Assembly: GCF_002113885.1 (NCBI RefSeq)
Contig: NW_018479811.1
Coordinates: forward strand, 1 to 51,898
Direction of reading: 5' to 3'
DNA: 51,898 nucleotides
Source of the DNA: Mizuhopecten yessoensis
Lineage: Eukaryota
Of this stretch, positions 11,778 to 24,665 are shown in pieces. The translations under genes and the position numbers were made by a program. The number at the start of each line of letters is the position of its first letter. Position 1 is the first letter of the stretch. Under the pieces are notes generated by a model. The model searched no databases, was not told the origin of the DNA, and saw only the letters and a program-made list of their open reading frames with translations.

Positions 11778-13392
11778 GTATGTGATTATATCAGTTTATT
11801 CTACTTAGATACATTTGAATGTGCTTGTGATTACCATTAGATGTTTACAGTTTCATTGCTATGGCGCTTTATACCACTTATAGATTTACTAAACATCCAA
11901 ATGACTATGAATGTAATATTAAAGATATTTAATATTCAAAATTACAATGAAAAGGTTCATAATGTATATTATCTCACAAATATCCTAAAATACTAATTAA
12001 AAAACATTTTTGGTGAAATATTAATATTGTCATTACTTCATCCTTGTACGCTATTGATAAATAACAGTATGTTTTTAGTTTTGCTGTCCATTAAGTAAAT
12101 TTATTTTATTTCTACCTAACAGTACCTGCGGTAATGGCAGCGTTGCGTTACTTAACGTTTGAAGCTATAGGTCGATTTGTAGGGATATGTGTTAACCAAA
12201 TGATTCAAAATAGAATAATATTAAAATAATCTATAGAAACAAAACAGTACAGATAAATTCGTTTATACCTGTTAAAGTTTTATAAGTTTTTTCTTCCAAT
12301 AATATATTTATTATGTAAATACCGTTGTAAATGTTTGTATTTGATACTAAACGGGTGCCTTCGTGGCGCATTGAATAGCAGGATAACAGAAAAAGAATGA
12401 TGTAGCTAAAGGTTTTCAGGGTTTTGTTTTATGAGGGAGGGATTTCATAGTGACTTTGATATACACCGGTATTAAAGAAAAATCCGGAACCCAGTACTTC
12501 AGTACCGATTTCATGTTAAAGATAATGTAATTGTAATGATTCGGATTGTACTTTTGAACTATCATTATGTTTAAATTAATTCGAGTAAAAAAATAAATAC
12601 ACCATGTCACACAATTTAAAAAAAGTATGTATCATTGTTATCTTATTCTTTTTTCTTTATCTTGTAAGCTGGAAAGAGCAAAATTCATACTTTTATATAA
12701 TATTAAAATGACTTTACCAATTCTAGAGGTTTGCCAAAAATGTGCACGTAATTCTTTATTGATTTACTTCTGATAAGGTCGAATTCAATTCTATGTAATA
12801 CATGTCACCAAACTACAATTTTCACAATTTAAGATTGTGTTCTTCCAAAGTGGGCGAAACTGATTCTCACCTGTTATTATACAATTCTGTTTGTTTCTCA
12901 GGGGGTTTAACTTTAGATATATAGATTGATATATTCATTCTGTACCAGACAAATATAAAGGTACATTTATCCTTTGTTTAGATAAATTAAAAATACAAAC
13001 ATTACTATGTTACTAATGATTCAGGATTTGCCTTTATCTAACAGATAACTCAATCGAAACCGAGACTTAAAAAAGCCTCAATTAATCCAATACTTCCTCC
13101 TTTCGAGATGTGTCCTTACTTCATGGGTGTACACGTTTCTATAAGAGCCAGAAACATATGCCAATCATCTAGTTTCTCTTCAACAATTAATGTTTCGTAA
13201 GGTTTCACAAAAGACGTTTACTTTTTTCCATCCCGACGTTCATTTCCTACTTGATTTTTTTTTCAAATTTCATGATATTGTCTATATTTCTTTTATTTAA
13301 ATAAAATGCATATTTGCGTACATTATCCACATTCGATTTGGCATTCATGATGTTAAATTTAAATCGAAACTAAAGATCTGTTTTTATTACAG

Positions 13393-13962
13393 TTGATTAT
13401 AATGGGCCAGTTCAATAAACTGCATCCAAGGGGTCTTGCAATATCCCCAATAGATGGAGCTGTGGTCGCCTGTATGACGTCACAAATGGTCGGAAACGTC
13501 ATGAAAGGTCCATCAAAGAATTGTCTGATGAAATTTCCAGGAAAAAAAGCAAACGAAAAAGGACAAGTTCTGAACAAAGAACACTTTCTAGGATATCCTT
13601 TGAGGCTCGCTATCAATGTCAATGGATATATATTAGTTTCAGATTTCGGTTTGAAATGTATTTTTGTTGTAAGTCAAGAGGGACACATGTTGAACGTCTT
13701 TTCGACTGTGGGAGATAGACTTTTTTGTCAGGTGCATAGCCTTACAAGTGGTCATGGAGAGTCGTTCTACGTTGTTCATGGTGGACGTGGTCAATTGTCC
13801 ATCACTCGACTAGGCGAATACCGGGGCACCGTGGTCGAGACGGCGACATCGCGACGACTAGATCCGGATATTTATTGTAAAGTTAGAGCAACTGCAGTGG
13901 TACAGAATGGTCAGCTTGCAGTCACATCTGGAACTATTATCAAATACGTTTCTCCGGATTGA
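13393..13962 (+). CDS. Gene B exon 3: NHL-repeat beta-propeller
   Basis: Acceptor TTTTTATTACAG|TTG, phase 0. HPRGLAISPIDG and FLGYPLRLAINVNGYILVSDFG are colinear with A exon 3. Confidence 0.85.
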   Translation: MIIMGQFNKLHPRGLAISPIDGAVVACMTSQMVGNVMKGPSKNCLMKFPGKKANEKGQVLNKEHFLGYPLRLAINVNGYILVSDFGLKCIFVVSQEGHMLNVFSTVGDRLFCQVHSLTSGHGESFYVVHGGRGQLSITRLGEYRGTVVETATSRRLDPDIYCKVRATAVVQNGQLAVTSGTIIKYVSPD

Positions 13963-15651
13963 TAACTCCATTTTTGCAGTTTCGGATATAAACAGGGTTT
14001 TCCTGTATGAAATTAATTGTTAGAAGCGACATAGGTGATTAGGGTCAATATGATGTGTTATTGTGTACATTTAAGTTGAAGTAACCCGAACTAACTACAC
14101 AAGTGCGGGTTAGTTATTAAGGTCAAGTGCATTTTTAATACACGTATAACAGCATTTTAAGTGCGATATAGAATAATTTAGTCATGAGAGGGAAACAGAT
14201 GATTATGCATGTGTTATGTAGAGAAAGATGCGAACTATATTTTGTGCAATGTAGCGAAGAGCCCTGCCTCTAGTTCTATTAACATGTAATCACATTACTA
14301 AATTTGCTAACGCGTTGATAAATCTTCAACACTGTGTGTTTTCGTATTTTTTGACGGACAACGGGAAATTTATCGTCTTTTATTACGTAGTGCACATGCA
14401 GGGCAAACCGTTATGTGACAGGTAACTACCGAATTAATTAATCATCCGGTAGTTAAGGAGTCTATTTTCAAATCAAACTAGTTGACCTCCTGAAATGCTT
14501 ATAAAGCCGCAAAAATACGACCTTTTGAATGAGATTACCAAAGCTGCATAACGTCGGCTGCTTTATCTGGAAAGGTTTTTGGGTTTTATATGTTGACTGA
14601 AGATAATAGGGTTGTATTGTGCCTTTAGAAATACGCAGTCTGTTATTGAGAAAACAAAAATAACATTGAAGTCATGCATTTGTTAATTCAAAGCTACATT
14701 TTTACTCTTAACACTTTTCTACCGTAATGGTTATCTCCCTTATTCTAACATTTATATCATAGTGGTACTTCTGGCTGATTAGCTTGGCCTACGTCTTCGA
14801 TGTTTGTTTAGAATGAATAATTGTAGTAGACATGTTTTTAAATCGATTACATCTTGGTATCCGACCCCAAAGGTACTATTTGACGAATTATGTTCTTTAT
14901 CGTACAGGACAACACATGTAGAGTACCCGCAGATAATTTCGATTATTATATTTCACTTTGTGGGCCATAATTTAACAAAGTGCGATCTTTAAAATTTTAT
15001 TTATCAATGTATTACTCTACATCATTTATGGAGTAAAAACAGTATCGCTCGGTTTGCAGCTTTCCTTTCCAAGATCTGACATTTCTGTTTGTTTGCACGC
15101 AAGTACCCGTTCATGGGTAGATCACTAGTCAACTCAGTTGGTGCATGACCTAACCGTATTGAAAACATGCAGTCAAAATCCAATACAACCAGAATGTCTT
15201 CTATCATTTATGTAATTTACTGTCGTTTAACTCGATGTGGCATGTATTGACTAGCCGTATCGTGTGGTGTCAATTGATCCTGCCTTTGTTGTAAGGTAAT
15301 TAAATATCTTAAAACTGTTAGCATTGATTAAAATAAATCCATATATTTTAAGAGGAATGCTTTATTTTCTTAAGCATTAACTATTTACACCAATGAAATG
15401 TTAAAAAACAGAAACAGAAAAAGAAATGTAATAATTTAGGAAATGAATGACTAAAATAGTTCTATAGAAAAAAACTACTTTATTTGACATTTATCTATTT
15501 TCAGTTGCATGCTAAAAATTGAAAAATGTTTTTTTTTTACAATGCAAAATAAAATACAGTCTTGTAAATATTGGTTTATTTCGTTTTTATTTGAAATCTG
15601 CCACCCAAAATACGACAAAATTGTACAAACATAAACTTACATAATTTTAAA

Positions 15652-16124
15652 TTAAGAAGAATCACTTTGAGCCATGTCCATTTCACCAATCAGATGTCCG
15701 ACGAAAGTACCATAAACCTTATTTTTCTGGCCAAAGAGGGTGAAGCTCTGGTCCTGTCTGACCTGGACGAAAACTCTCTCCCCTTTTCCGACGAAGACAA
15801 TGACAGAGTTACCTGCAGAGGTATGGCTGCTGTAACCGGCCAGAGAAACAAGGAGCTCTGTATTTTTAATCAGTTCCAGCCACATCGCGTGATCAGTATT
15901 AGAATCGTAGGCATGAAAATCAAATTTGTAAATTCCTGATTTGGGAGCAGTAAACACTCCAGTGTTTCTGTCGTATCCACCTCCAAGGTTGGTAAAAATC
16001 TTGTCATATCTAACAGTATCACCGGAGTTCCCTGTCACTGTGCGTGTAAGCGCTGCAGCGAATGCAACCACGTGTTTGTCGTCATGATGATCGTTATATG
16101 TCTGCGATGCAGTTGTTGAGGGAC
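15652..16124 (-). CDS. C1q-domain-containing (C1qDC, secreted globular-head type) protein, exon 2: gC1q domain
   Basis: Typical gC1q motifs VAFAAAL, YDKIFTNLGGGYDRNTGVFTAPKSGIYKFDFH, GERVFV, TFVGHLI. Minus-strand acceptor TTGTCTTTCTTAG|GT, phase 1. AATAAA (minus) at 15575-15580 downstream of the stop. Confidence 0.92.
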
Positions 16125-16797
16125 CTAAGAAAGACAAAACGTAGAATTAGTGCTTATATAAATAGTAGCTATCACGTTTTAGTAGCATGTCCATCGTAAG
16201 ATGAAACTCGTATATGCTCATAAGTGAGTCATTATTTGTAAATTAGAATACTAAATTTAACATGTAAAATTTAAACTTGTATATAATTTAGTGAAATCTG
16301 ACATGACCTTGTGACTGATGATGTAAAATAACTACTTTAAAACGATAAAAGGAAGTATCTATTTAGAGGGATACAACCAAAATTCAAATATATGATTAAA
16401 CACTCAGGAAATGACTAAATGTGTGGCCTCTCCAGACACACTTAACGTAAGTGTATGAATACACTTGAGCTGATTTTACCGTAACAACAACTTCCTTATT
16501 GCCAATTTGCTTAGGGGAAACGCATTTTAAGAAAAAGGGAATTTATAAATAAGAATGGGGAAAAAGACTGGGGTAACAAGAAACCAACGAAGATAGAGCA
16601 TCGGGATACAAGAAGTCGAATCAGCAATTGTTCCTCCCCAGGCCCCTCCCTAATGAACGATAGGAAATTGGTGGGACAGAGAACAAGATTGAGGCAAACT
16701 GAAGTCACACATCAAAGTATAAGCTCCCGTATCGTTCTCTGTATTGTGGAAATGTACAATAATACTTTACATTGACGTAACACAAGGAAGAATTTAC

Positions 16798-16942
16798 TCG
16801 TACTCAAATTTACATTTTTAAAGGAGTCGGATGTCCTGATGACACAGAAACAGTGGTTTTTACACCGTAGTTCATATAGTGACAATGCGAAATCCAATCT
16901 GTAGAAAAATAAAATGACAACAAAGAATATAGGCAGCATCAT
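16798..16942 (-). CDS. C1qDC exon 1: signal peptide plus short linker (MMLPIFFVVILFFYRLDFALS...)
   Basis: Hydrophobic N-terminus. Phase-1 donor A|GTAAAT at 16798/16797 (alternative A|GTACGA at 16804) is compatible with the phase-1 acceptor at 16124, giving a protein of about 205 aa. Confidence 0.7.
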
Positions 16943-17741
16943 GTTTTCAATAATTATTTTGTTTAATTACGGTAGCAATATTTTATTATGATATATATCT
17001 AAGCCAACACTGTTCATTCACTTGTATATATGTAAATGTGTTTTTATTGTCATCGCTTAATAGGTAACTCTCGGCGCCGTTCATCTGACCGATACAACGT
17101 ACAAACTTCATTGCCCCGTGAACAGACCACGCCACCGTATGTATCGGCAAACCTCGGGTGTTTTATCTACGCTTACAGAAATAGCCACTGAGGAGTTCCG
17201 AATGGATTTCCCACCGGTCGGACCAATGTTGTCGAAGCCCCTTAACGGCCCTCAATCTGTTTCAGCACAATCTGTTTCAAACTTAAACTATGACGTGTTC
17301 GACCGAAAGTCTTTTTCATATAGAAAAAAAAAAAAAAAATGTTAACGTTTTTTCTTTAATGGTTGATTACGTGCATGCCCTAATTGTGCTTTAATTGAGG
17401 GAAAATATGACCGCTCTCTCCGACCCACAAAATTGAGTACATCTAATGACAAGTTACCTTAAACGTACTTGTAGGACGTGAGCATATAGTCACGCGGGTG
17501 TATGAGTTGTACGTGACGTTAAATATTGTCTTATTTCGCATGGAAGGAGACACGTGATGATTTATATTTGACATGAATTTGATTCGTCGAGCCAACAAAT
17601 AAATTATCTAATCAAATATTGATTCTTCAATCTTCCTTATGTAAGGTGAAGTCCTTTTAAATATGTGAGTCATAGATGGGTTTCCACTTTATACTTTGTA
17701 TATAAGGTAACATACAAACAAGTAATAAGGAAATTATTCCA

Positions 17742-18881
17742 ATGGATATACGTACATGCAAAATCGATTTGTCTCGTACAAATTCTTACAATCCTTATCG
17801 TCCCTCAGAAGGTAAACCAGAGCCTACCCTTGATCTCAACAAATATTTCAGTCAGAACAGCATGTTCCGTTTGACAAATGAAGATCCGGACTATACATCC
17901 AATACAGTGACAGACCGGCATTGTACACATTCTCATCAATGGTTTAAATCTGGCGATGACGACGATGTTCTTACACCGGAATTAGTCTCAAATACCAAAT
18001 CTAGTCAAACAGATTTCGATTCAAACGAAACTTTGCTTTCCCAACGTGTATGTGAGTTTGATCCTTTATTTATCGATTTCAATGAGAGCCACGAAACACA
18101 ATGCAAATTAAATGATCCCGATATTCTGACATTGACAACGTTTTTTGAAGCAGAGAAAGATTACAATGTTGCAGACGACATTTCGGAAGCTGACAAAGGT
18201 GTACTAGTAAATCTGAACGAAGATTCCTTTAGCAGCACAAGTGACGGATGCCAGTACACAGACCAGGACTTGCTGGAAGTATTGCAATCATTAGAAGAGT
18301 CCATGGATGGAAATGATGAACCGCCCGTAGCGGAAAGTGTAGAACAATTGTCACCAGTGGATGACACAAACAAAACATTTCTTAAAGGGTGTCGTCTATC
18401 AAATCACAGACTTGTTTATTCCTCACACGATAGCAGTGACGACGAGGATGAAACGTTTGTTAAGGTTCCAAAAAATATATTAAAGGATAATCAGTTATCA
18501 AATTTCTGCATGCATCAACGATCCCGGATAGTTACAAGTGATATTCGGCGCGTCAACAAAACGAGATGGTCAGATGGATTACTGAATAAAATCGTCACGA
18601 GAAAGGGACAAAAGAAGGAGAATTCTTCTCCTTACTTTCTTGCGACAAAATTCACGCCATCGGGGCAACTGATATCTAATATCTTACCAAACAAAGACGG
18701 CAGTATGTGGATTACATTCCAAAACAGTAATGTCATCAAACTTTATGATTACCATGGCAACGCTATCGACTCCGTTGATTTGAGAATGCCTATTGACGAC
18801 GTTACCAGCTCTAGAGACGGCAATCTATATATATCATGTCCGAAGTCAAGGCGTATCAAAGTACTTACCAGGACACTGCAG
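17742..18881 (+). CDS. Gene C first identifiable coding exon: acidic disordered region plus first NHL-like blades
   Basis: ORF 17742..18890. ILPNKDGSMWITF and VTSSRDGNLYISCP blades. Donor CTGCAG|GTAGGG at 18881/18882, phase 0, at the same position as in A and B. An upstream exon cannot be excluded. Confidence 0.82.
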
Positions 18882-19853
18882 GTAGGGTGAAATTTTTGAG
18901 TTGGTTGATACATTAGAATCATAGCCTATAGACAGATATATTCAGCCGAAATATTCTTAAACGTGTGTCTCCTAATAAACGCCGGACACTTACACTTAAT
19001 ATAGCATCGTTAGTATGTTAAATTTCAACATCCATTTGTATCATTTTGATATTCTTTAATATAGAGGAATTACAGATATTACATTCAGGCTTACATAATT
19101 TAATAGAAAAAATGTGTGCGCTTATCATAAATTTACTGCTAAGCGGTACATGTACTAACGAATTAACAGCATTTTTTCGATATATACCGGATAACCCCTA
19201 AACTTATCTTTGTTTTTACTTTTGTTTGGATTTGAAATACATGCACCACATTTAAGCATTTCTGATAACAAAAACTAAATAGATAATGTTCAGGTTATAC
19301 AACATCACATGAATAAAGCCTACAATAGAAGGAATAGTCGACATACATTTTTTTCTGTTCACGTTTTACCATAAATCTATATGTTTATGTGACAAGTTAA
19401 CGATATTCCTTTGACATGACATTTTAAAGTGACAATATGGTTTCCCCATCATCTACTTTGAAATATTTACATTTGTTCTGCATCCTGTCATTGCAATGCG
19501 ATGCGAAGGCAAATGCTGTGACTATAACACCACTGCTATTGTAACGTCATCAATATCGTTTGTGACGTCATCAATTTCGTTGTTGTCAACAATTAATTTG
19601 CTGTTGAAAGAACTGTTCTAAATAACTTAACAACGTATAACTACAATGTCAAAATATGAATAATGAATATTTTAGCAAATATTGGTCTAGTCCTATAACA
19701 CAAATGTCTATAGCTAATCCTGAGAAATTTATTAAGTTTGTGATCAATATCAATGTGTGTTATAGAACAGTAAAAAACATTTGCTAAATCATTCATTGCT
19801 TAAATAAAATCATTAACGCAACATAATAACATACAGAATATTTATGTTGACAG

Positions 19854-20558
19854 TTGTACACTCTAGTGGTGACGCCGGCCTTCGTCCGAGGGATAGCTGT
19901 TAGTCCAGTGGACAACTGTCTGATTGCCTGTATGGTGCCGGACCTCACTTATCAACCGGGACAGGATTGTGGTTGTCACAGCGCATGCTTGATACGTTAC
20001 TCTATCCGAGAACATTGCCTGGCATGTTCCAGAAATACAGACTCTGGTCGTTCCCAGCCTTCGGGATCAAAGGTCGAAGGTCAATCAAACAACAAAAGGA
20101 GCAGTAGTACCAGGTGTATTTGTTCGCAAGATGTTTATTGTGTTAAGGGTTCAAAGGTCACTCAAGATAACTTATTTAAATATCCTTTCCGCGTCGCTGT
20201 GAATGCAAATGGGGATATTGCTGTATCTGATCATGGCAATAGAACAGTGCTTCTTTTATCCGACGCGGGAAGCTTGTTGGGAAGGTTTAATCAATCAAAT
20301 ATGAGATTACTAGCTAACCATGCTCTCAGCTATGACGTCAACAATGACCTAATCATTGTACAGTCTGGTAGGAAAAATATTCTACGAATACGAAGTCATT
20401 ACGATGGTTCTACCACCGTTAATAAATCAACCGTGACGGAATTGGAATCACAGATCGTGACAGCCGCGGCGATAGATTCCGAAGGGATATTGCTAGTGGT
20501 AACAGGTCGGACATTGATCAAGGTACTCAAAAAAGGACTCACTGAGCCAATCCACTAA
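19854..20558 (+). CDS. Gene C last exon: NHL-repeat beta-propeller with a Cys-rich insertion
   Basis: Acceptor GTTGACAG|TTG, phase 0. Canonical NHL repeat FKYPFRVAVNANGDIAVSDHGNRTVLLLSDAG. Confidence 0.86.
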   Translation: MYTLVVTPAFVRGIAVSPVDNCLIACMVPDLTYQPGQDCGCHSACLIRYSIREHCLACSRNTDSGRSQPSGSKVEGQSNNKRSSSTRCICSQDVYCVKGSKVTQDNLFKYPFRVAVNANGDIAVSDHGNRTVLLLSDAGSLLGRFNQSNMRLLANHALSYDVNNDLIIVQSGRKNILRIRSHYDGSTTVNKSTVTELESQIVTAAAIDSEGILLVVTGRTLIKVLKKGLTEPIH

Positions 20559-21097
20559 CAGATACATTTGACTTTAATGGCAACACATATGGTGGATCGA
20601 AATAACCTGGTTTTCTCGAACTAATAATAATAATATGAATGACATATGAATATCGGACATCAGTTACCGCATGTCACGGTCTTTCTCCTTTAAACGCGAG
20701 TCCTAGTGTATCGCTATAACCGGGACACCATATGTTACCTCCATAAAGTACTGCAAAAGCATATGGTATCAAACTTAATTCATCCTCCTTGCATCATTTC
20801 CTCAGCGTTCTAAGCATAACATGTTTTTCCTATATCGATTCCCGTTTTGCTCTTTTTACCTACACCAGAAGCACTTGTTTCGCTTCCCATTACTCAGTTT
20901 TTAATATCTTTGCTTATTGGTGAATAAACACTAAATATAAGGTAATGTAAAGCACCTCATTGCCATGTATTTCTTACTTAAAAGCAAATGACGGCGGAAA
21001 AGGCTTCAGAAGCAAGTTATGAAACCTTAGTCTGAAATTTAAGTCACAGACTACCACTCAGTACCCACATACCATTAGTCATTTGTCAACAGACAAA

Positions 21098-21554
21098 AGT
21101 CAGCAGACATCAGATAACAGACACTAGTCAGCAGACATCAGATAACAGACACTAGTCAGCAGACATCAGATAACAGACACTAGAGTCAGCAGACATCAGA
21201 TAACAGGCACTAGTCAGCAGATATCAGATAACAGGCACTAGTCAGCAGATATCAGATAACAGACACTAGTCAGCAGACATCAGATAACAGACACTATAGG
21301 CAGCAGACATCAGATAACAGACACTATAGGCAGCAGACATCAGATAACAGACACTAGTCAGCAGCCATCAGATAACAGACACTATAGTCAGCAGACATCA
21401 GATAACAGACACTAGTCAGCAGATATCAGATAACAGACACTAGTCAGCAGACATCAGATAACAGACATTAGTCAGCAGACATCAGATAACAGACACTATA
21501 GTCAGCAGACATCAGATAACAGACACTAGTCAGCAGACATCAGATAACAGACAC
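21098..21554. repeat. Minisatellite, about 16 copies of a 28-bp unit AGTCAGCAGACATCAGATAACAGACACT (some 30-bp variants)
   Basis: Directly visible tandem array. The unit is two related 14-mers sharing the core CAGACA. Confidence 0.95.
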
Positions 21555-22638
21555 AAGATATAGACATTAGTCAATAAACACTAGTCAATAGGCATTGTGC
21601 ATTGGACACCAGTCATTTAATACTAGTCATGAGCGTAACTTTGTCTTGATATTTTCCTGGAATGTTTCGGACCAGAAGTGAAACTTATAAGGCGCGTGCA
21701 GAGTTGATATAACGCGTGAAGAACGGGTCTGGCTGGGACACGGTCTATGCATGGCTAACAGTATCACACATACAAAACAACCGAGATTACAAACACGTAT
21801 AGAATAAACATTTTAAACAATAACTCCGCGTCTTGAAATATATGAAAATAGAACTGACTTTCGTGCCTTGCAATACGATAGAGCACCCGGGTAGTCGAAC
21901 AAACGTCCACCGCCATAAGCAATAATCAATGAGAAAAATTCAAGTTACTTCGATTCTATTAAGTTAATATCTCAAGACAGATAACATTAATAATAAATCG
22001 AAATTGTTTTCCTTGGATACCGTTCAAACCTAAATGCCCAGTCAGTTGTGTCTATTCAATAACTTTAAACAATCATATGTCTTTTGTGTAGACGTTATGA
22101 AGGTTTGGTCCTCAAAAATATACCTATATTAACTGGAGCTGATCAAACAGACTGTGTCATTCAAATATATCATAAATACCATACAAAACAGTTCAATACT
22201 TATATTTACGTTTGCTCTGCCTCTTATGTTCTTTTTTAACTTATAATTTGTATTCAAAATTTAAAATGCCCGCCTTATCGACAGTCCACACAATTTCGTT
22301 CAATAGTTTAAACAGCGTATTGTCGCGTGCTGATTGGAAAACAAAGTAGTACTTTGAAATTTTAACAAACACTTCAATTTTAATCCACAATTCAGTATCA
22401 ATACAATTGCGTATGATATGTCTTTTATTATTTTTGGAAGTTAATTTGAACTTTTCTCTTTGCTCATTTTGTGAAGAATCCAGGCGTGAATGTATTTGTT
22501 GATTGTATGGGAACCTGACAATAGTCGGTAAATTCTATAACATCCTCCTTATTTGACATGTCGTCAGAAACTGAGGAATGGTGTATGCGAGACGCGTGAA
22601 ACTGATAGCGTTTGAAGTGAGTGATCTTGCGACGGAGC

Positions 22639-22761
22639 ACAGGTTCGTTACAAATGTCTGAAATGTTTATGTGTGTTGTGACTCATATCAGTAGGTCTGT
22701 AATATATGTGTCAGTAGGTCTATAGAATATGTGTATTTCAGACATTTGTAATGAAACCTGT
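22639..22761. repeat. Short foldback element, arm ACAGGTTCGTTACAAATGTCTGAAAT
   Basis: About 26-bp inverted arms (22639-22664 and 22735-22761). Related arms occur at 26101-26215. Confidence 0.65.
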
Positions 22762-24510
22762 TCATCAGTGCAGTGTAACAGACGATATTTCTGATAAATT
22801 GCATGAGCGTTAAAATTGTTTTCATTGCCGGCATTGGTGATTTCAACTGATGTGCATTTTGTACGATATTGCAGACATTGGTCTTGTTTTCGTTGTAATA
22901 AAAGTTTTTTTAATTTAATTATTTATTTTGCACATAAATTTACAATGGTATTGTCAAATCTCACAATGCCTGGCAGCGATATTTCAGCTGCCGTCATGTT
23001 TATTTATATTGGACATTGTAGTTCCGGTCAGTGTTGTATTAATACGCTAAGGCTATATAGTGACAATGCCATGCAAATGTAAATATATCTGGTTGTATCG
23101 TAATTTGCAACGTCTACGCGATATGTGCACATTAGTTCAGTTACTTGGAACCATATGCGTTTGCAGTATTGTATATAAGTCATCACGAATCACACCCTAC
23201 ATCTGTATATTGTCCTTTTACATGCTGATCGAGATCAACAGACTTTGCATAATAAAGCATAGAAAACAATTTATTGTATTCAGAAGATTATCTTGATATA
23301 TTTTCATCAGCTCATGCTAAATGAATAATTAAATAACGGTAAGGTAAATATATTATCGATAAGAGGAAGTATCATTACATGGTAGGTTGATGAAACTCTA
23401 CCAGAACACCTGGTATTATTCTCATCTTTAAGAATGGTGTCTTCTTGTAGACGAGTTTTTATCATAACAGAGGTTATTGATACAGCACAGTATAATGTGC
23501 AGATCAAATATCTTACGCATTATGAACAAGATGATTGCTATTACGAAATCACTTCCATTATCAGACGTCGCCCTAACGCAATACAGTGTAATGTAAAAGT
23601 ATTTAGCAGACTTGTCCTATGACACACATGCTTTAATCCTGGATATGGACAAACACTTCTATAGCAGCCGTCGCAGTAACGAGTTTGTAAGAGAGGTATC
23701 TGTACTGTAAACAAGACATGTTTTGACTGTGAAATGCAAGGAATAATAAATGAGAGGTAAACAAAAATAAAGTCGGAAAGACAAGCCTCTAATATAATAG
23801 ATGTTTAACCCTGGCACAATTTGTACCACCATACTTTTATGTAACGAAACCTCTAAAATATAGATTTTATTTAGAAAATCGTTATATTTTTGGAAAGACA
23901 AACTTCCTTCATTCAGTAATACTTTCCTCTGGAAATCAAAGTTTAATGAATATTCCTTAGTCATGAATTTCCTTAATACTGTGACATGTGTAATTTATAA
24001 TATTTGAATCAGTTTGTGTACATTTAACGATTTCTCTATGTACATTTATGCGGAAGTAATGGTACGGCGTCGTTTCAGAAAACACCCCTCCGTTAAATAA
24101 GGAAACGAAAACTCTGTTGTTTTTAAGACAAAGATAAGGTTTCAGTCAGCCATTGTTTTAGCTTAGAAACCTCACTCAATGTTATTGTTCCGGTACACAA
24201 ACACTTCAACAATGCACATACTCTGGTGATCACGTTATCGGGAGTTGTACTTATTTGGCAGCGATTCTTTATTCATCTTACACGACTTCATCGTATAATG
24301 GATTTGCACGACAAGGGATGTGTATAGATGATAAGTATAGTATAATCCTGCTTTTGTTCCGTTGGCATATATATTGATGTAATATTTATGTTGGTAGCAT
24401 ACAATTATGTCCTAGTCCCAGTGACGTTTCAGGAGAAGTTATTCTACAGTGACATACTGGTGGTAGCGAACATATGGTTGTGAATGGTATTCATCCACAA
24501 AACGTCACAC

Positions 24511-24665
24511 ATGGCTATCCCCAGACAAGGTTGTATACAGGATATCAATAATGACCTACCTGATGATCTTTCGACCGACCCGCCACCGCTTCCTCAAAGA
24601 AAACCATTGACAACTCCAGAGAGGTTTTCTGAAGAACAACATCGAAATGGAAAATCAAATCCCAG
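24511..24665 (+). CDS. Gene A2 exon 1 (PPPLPQRKP)
   Basis: Paralog of 145-299. Length 155 nt. Donor CCCAG|GTATGC. Confidence 0.8.

Noticed and set aside
17118-17345. Possible upstream coding exon of gene C
   Set aside because: No PxxPxR motif, no compatible donor/acceptor pair found, and the ORF runs into a poly-A tract.
21098-21554. CRISPR-like regular repeat
   Set aside because: No unique spacers, no cas genes, eukaryotic intron-containing context; it is a plain minisatellite.
22571-22618. CTGAGGA...GAAAC hammerhead-like boxes
   Set aside because: Weak stem II and no stem I complement.
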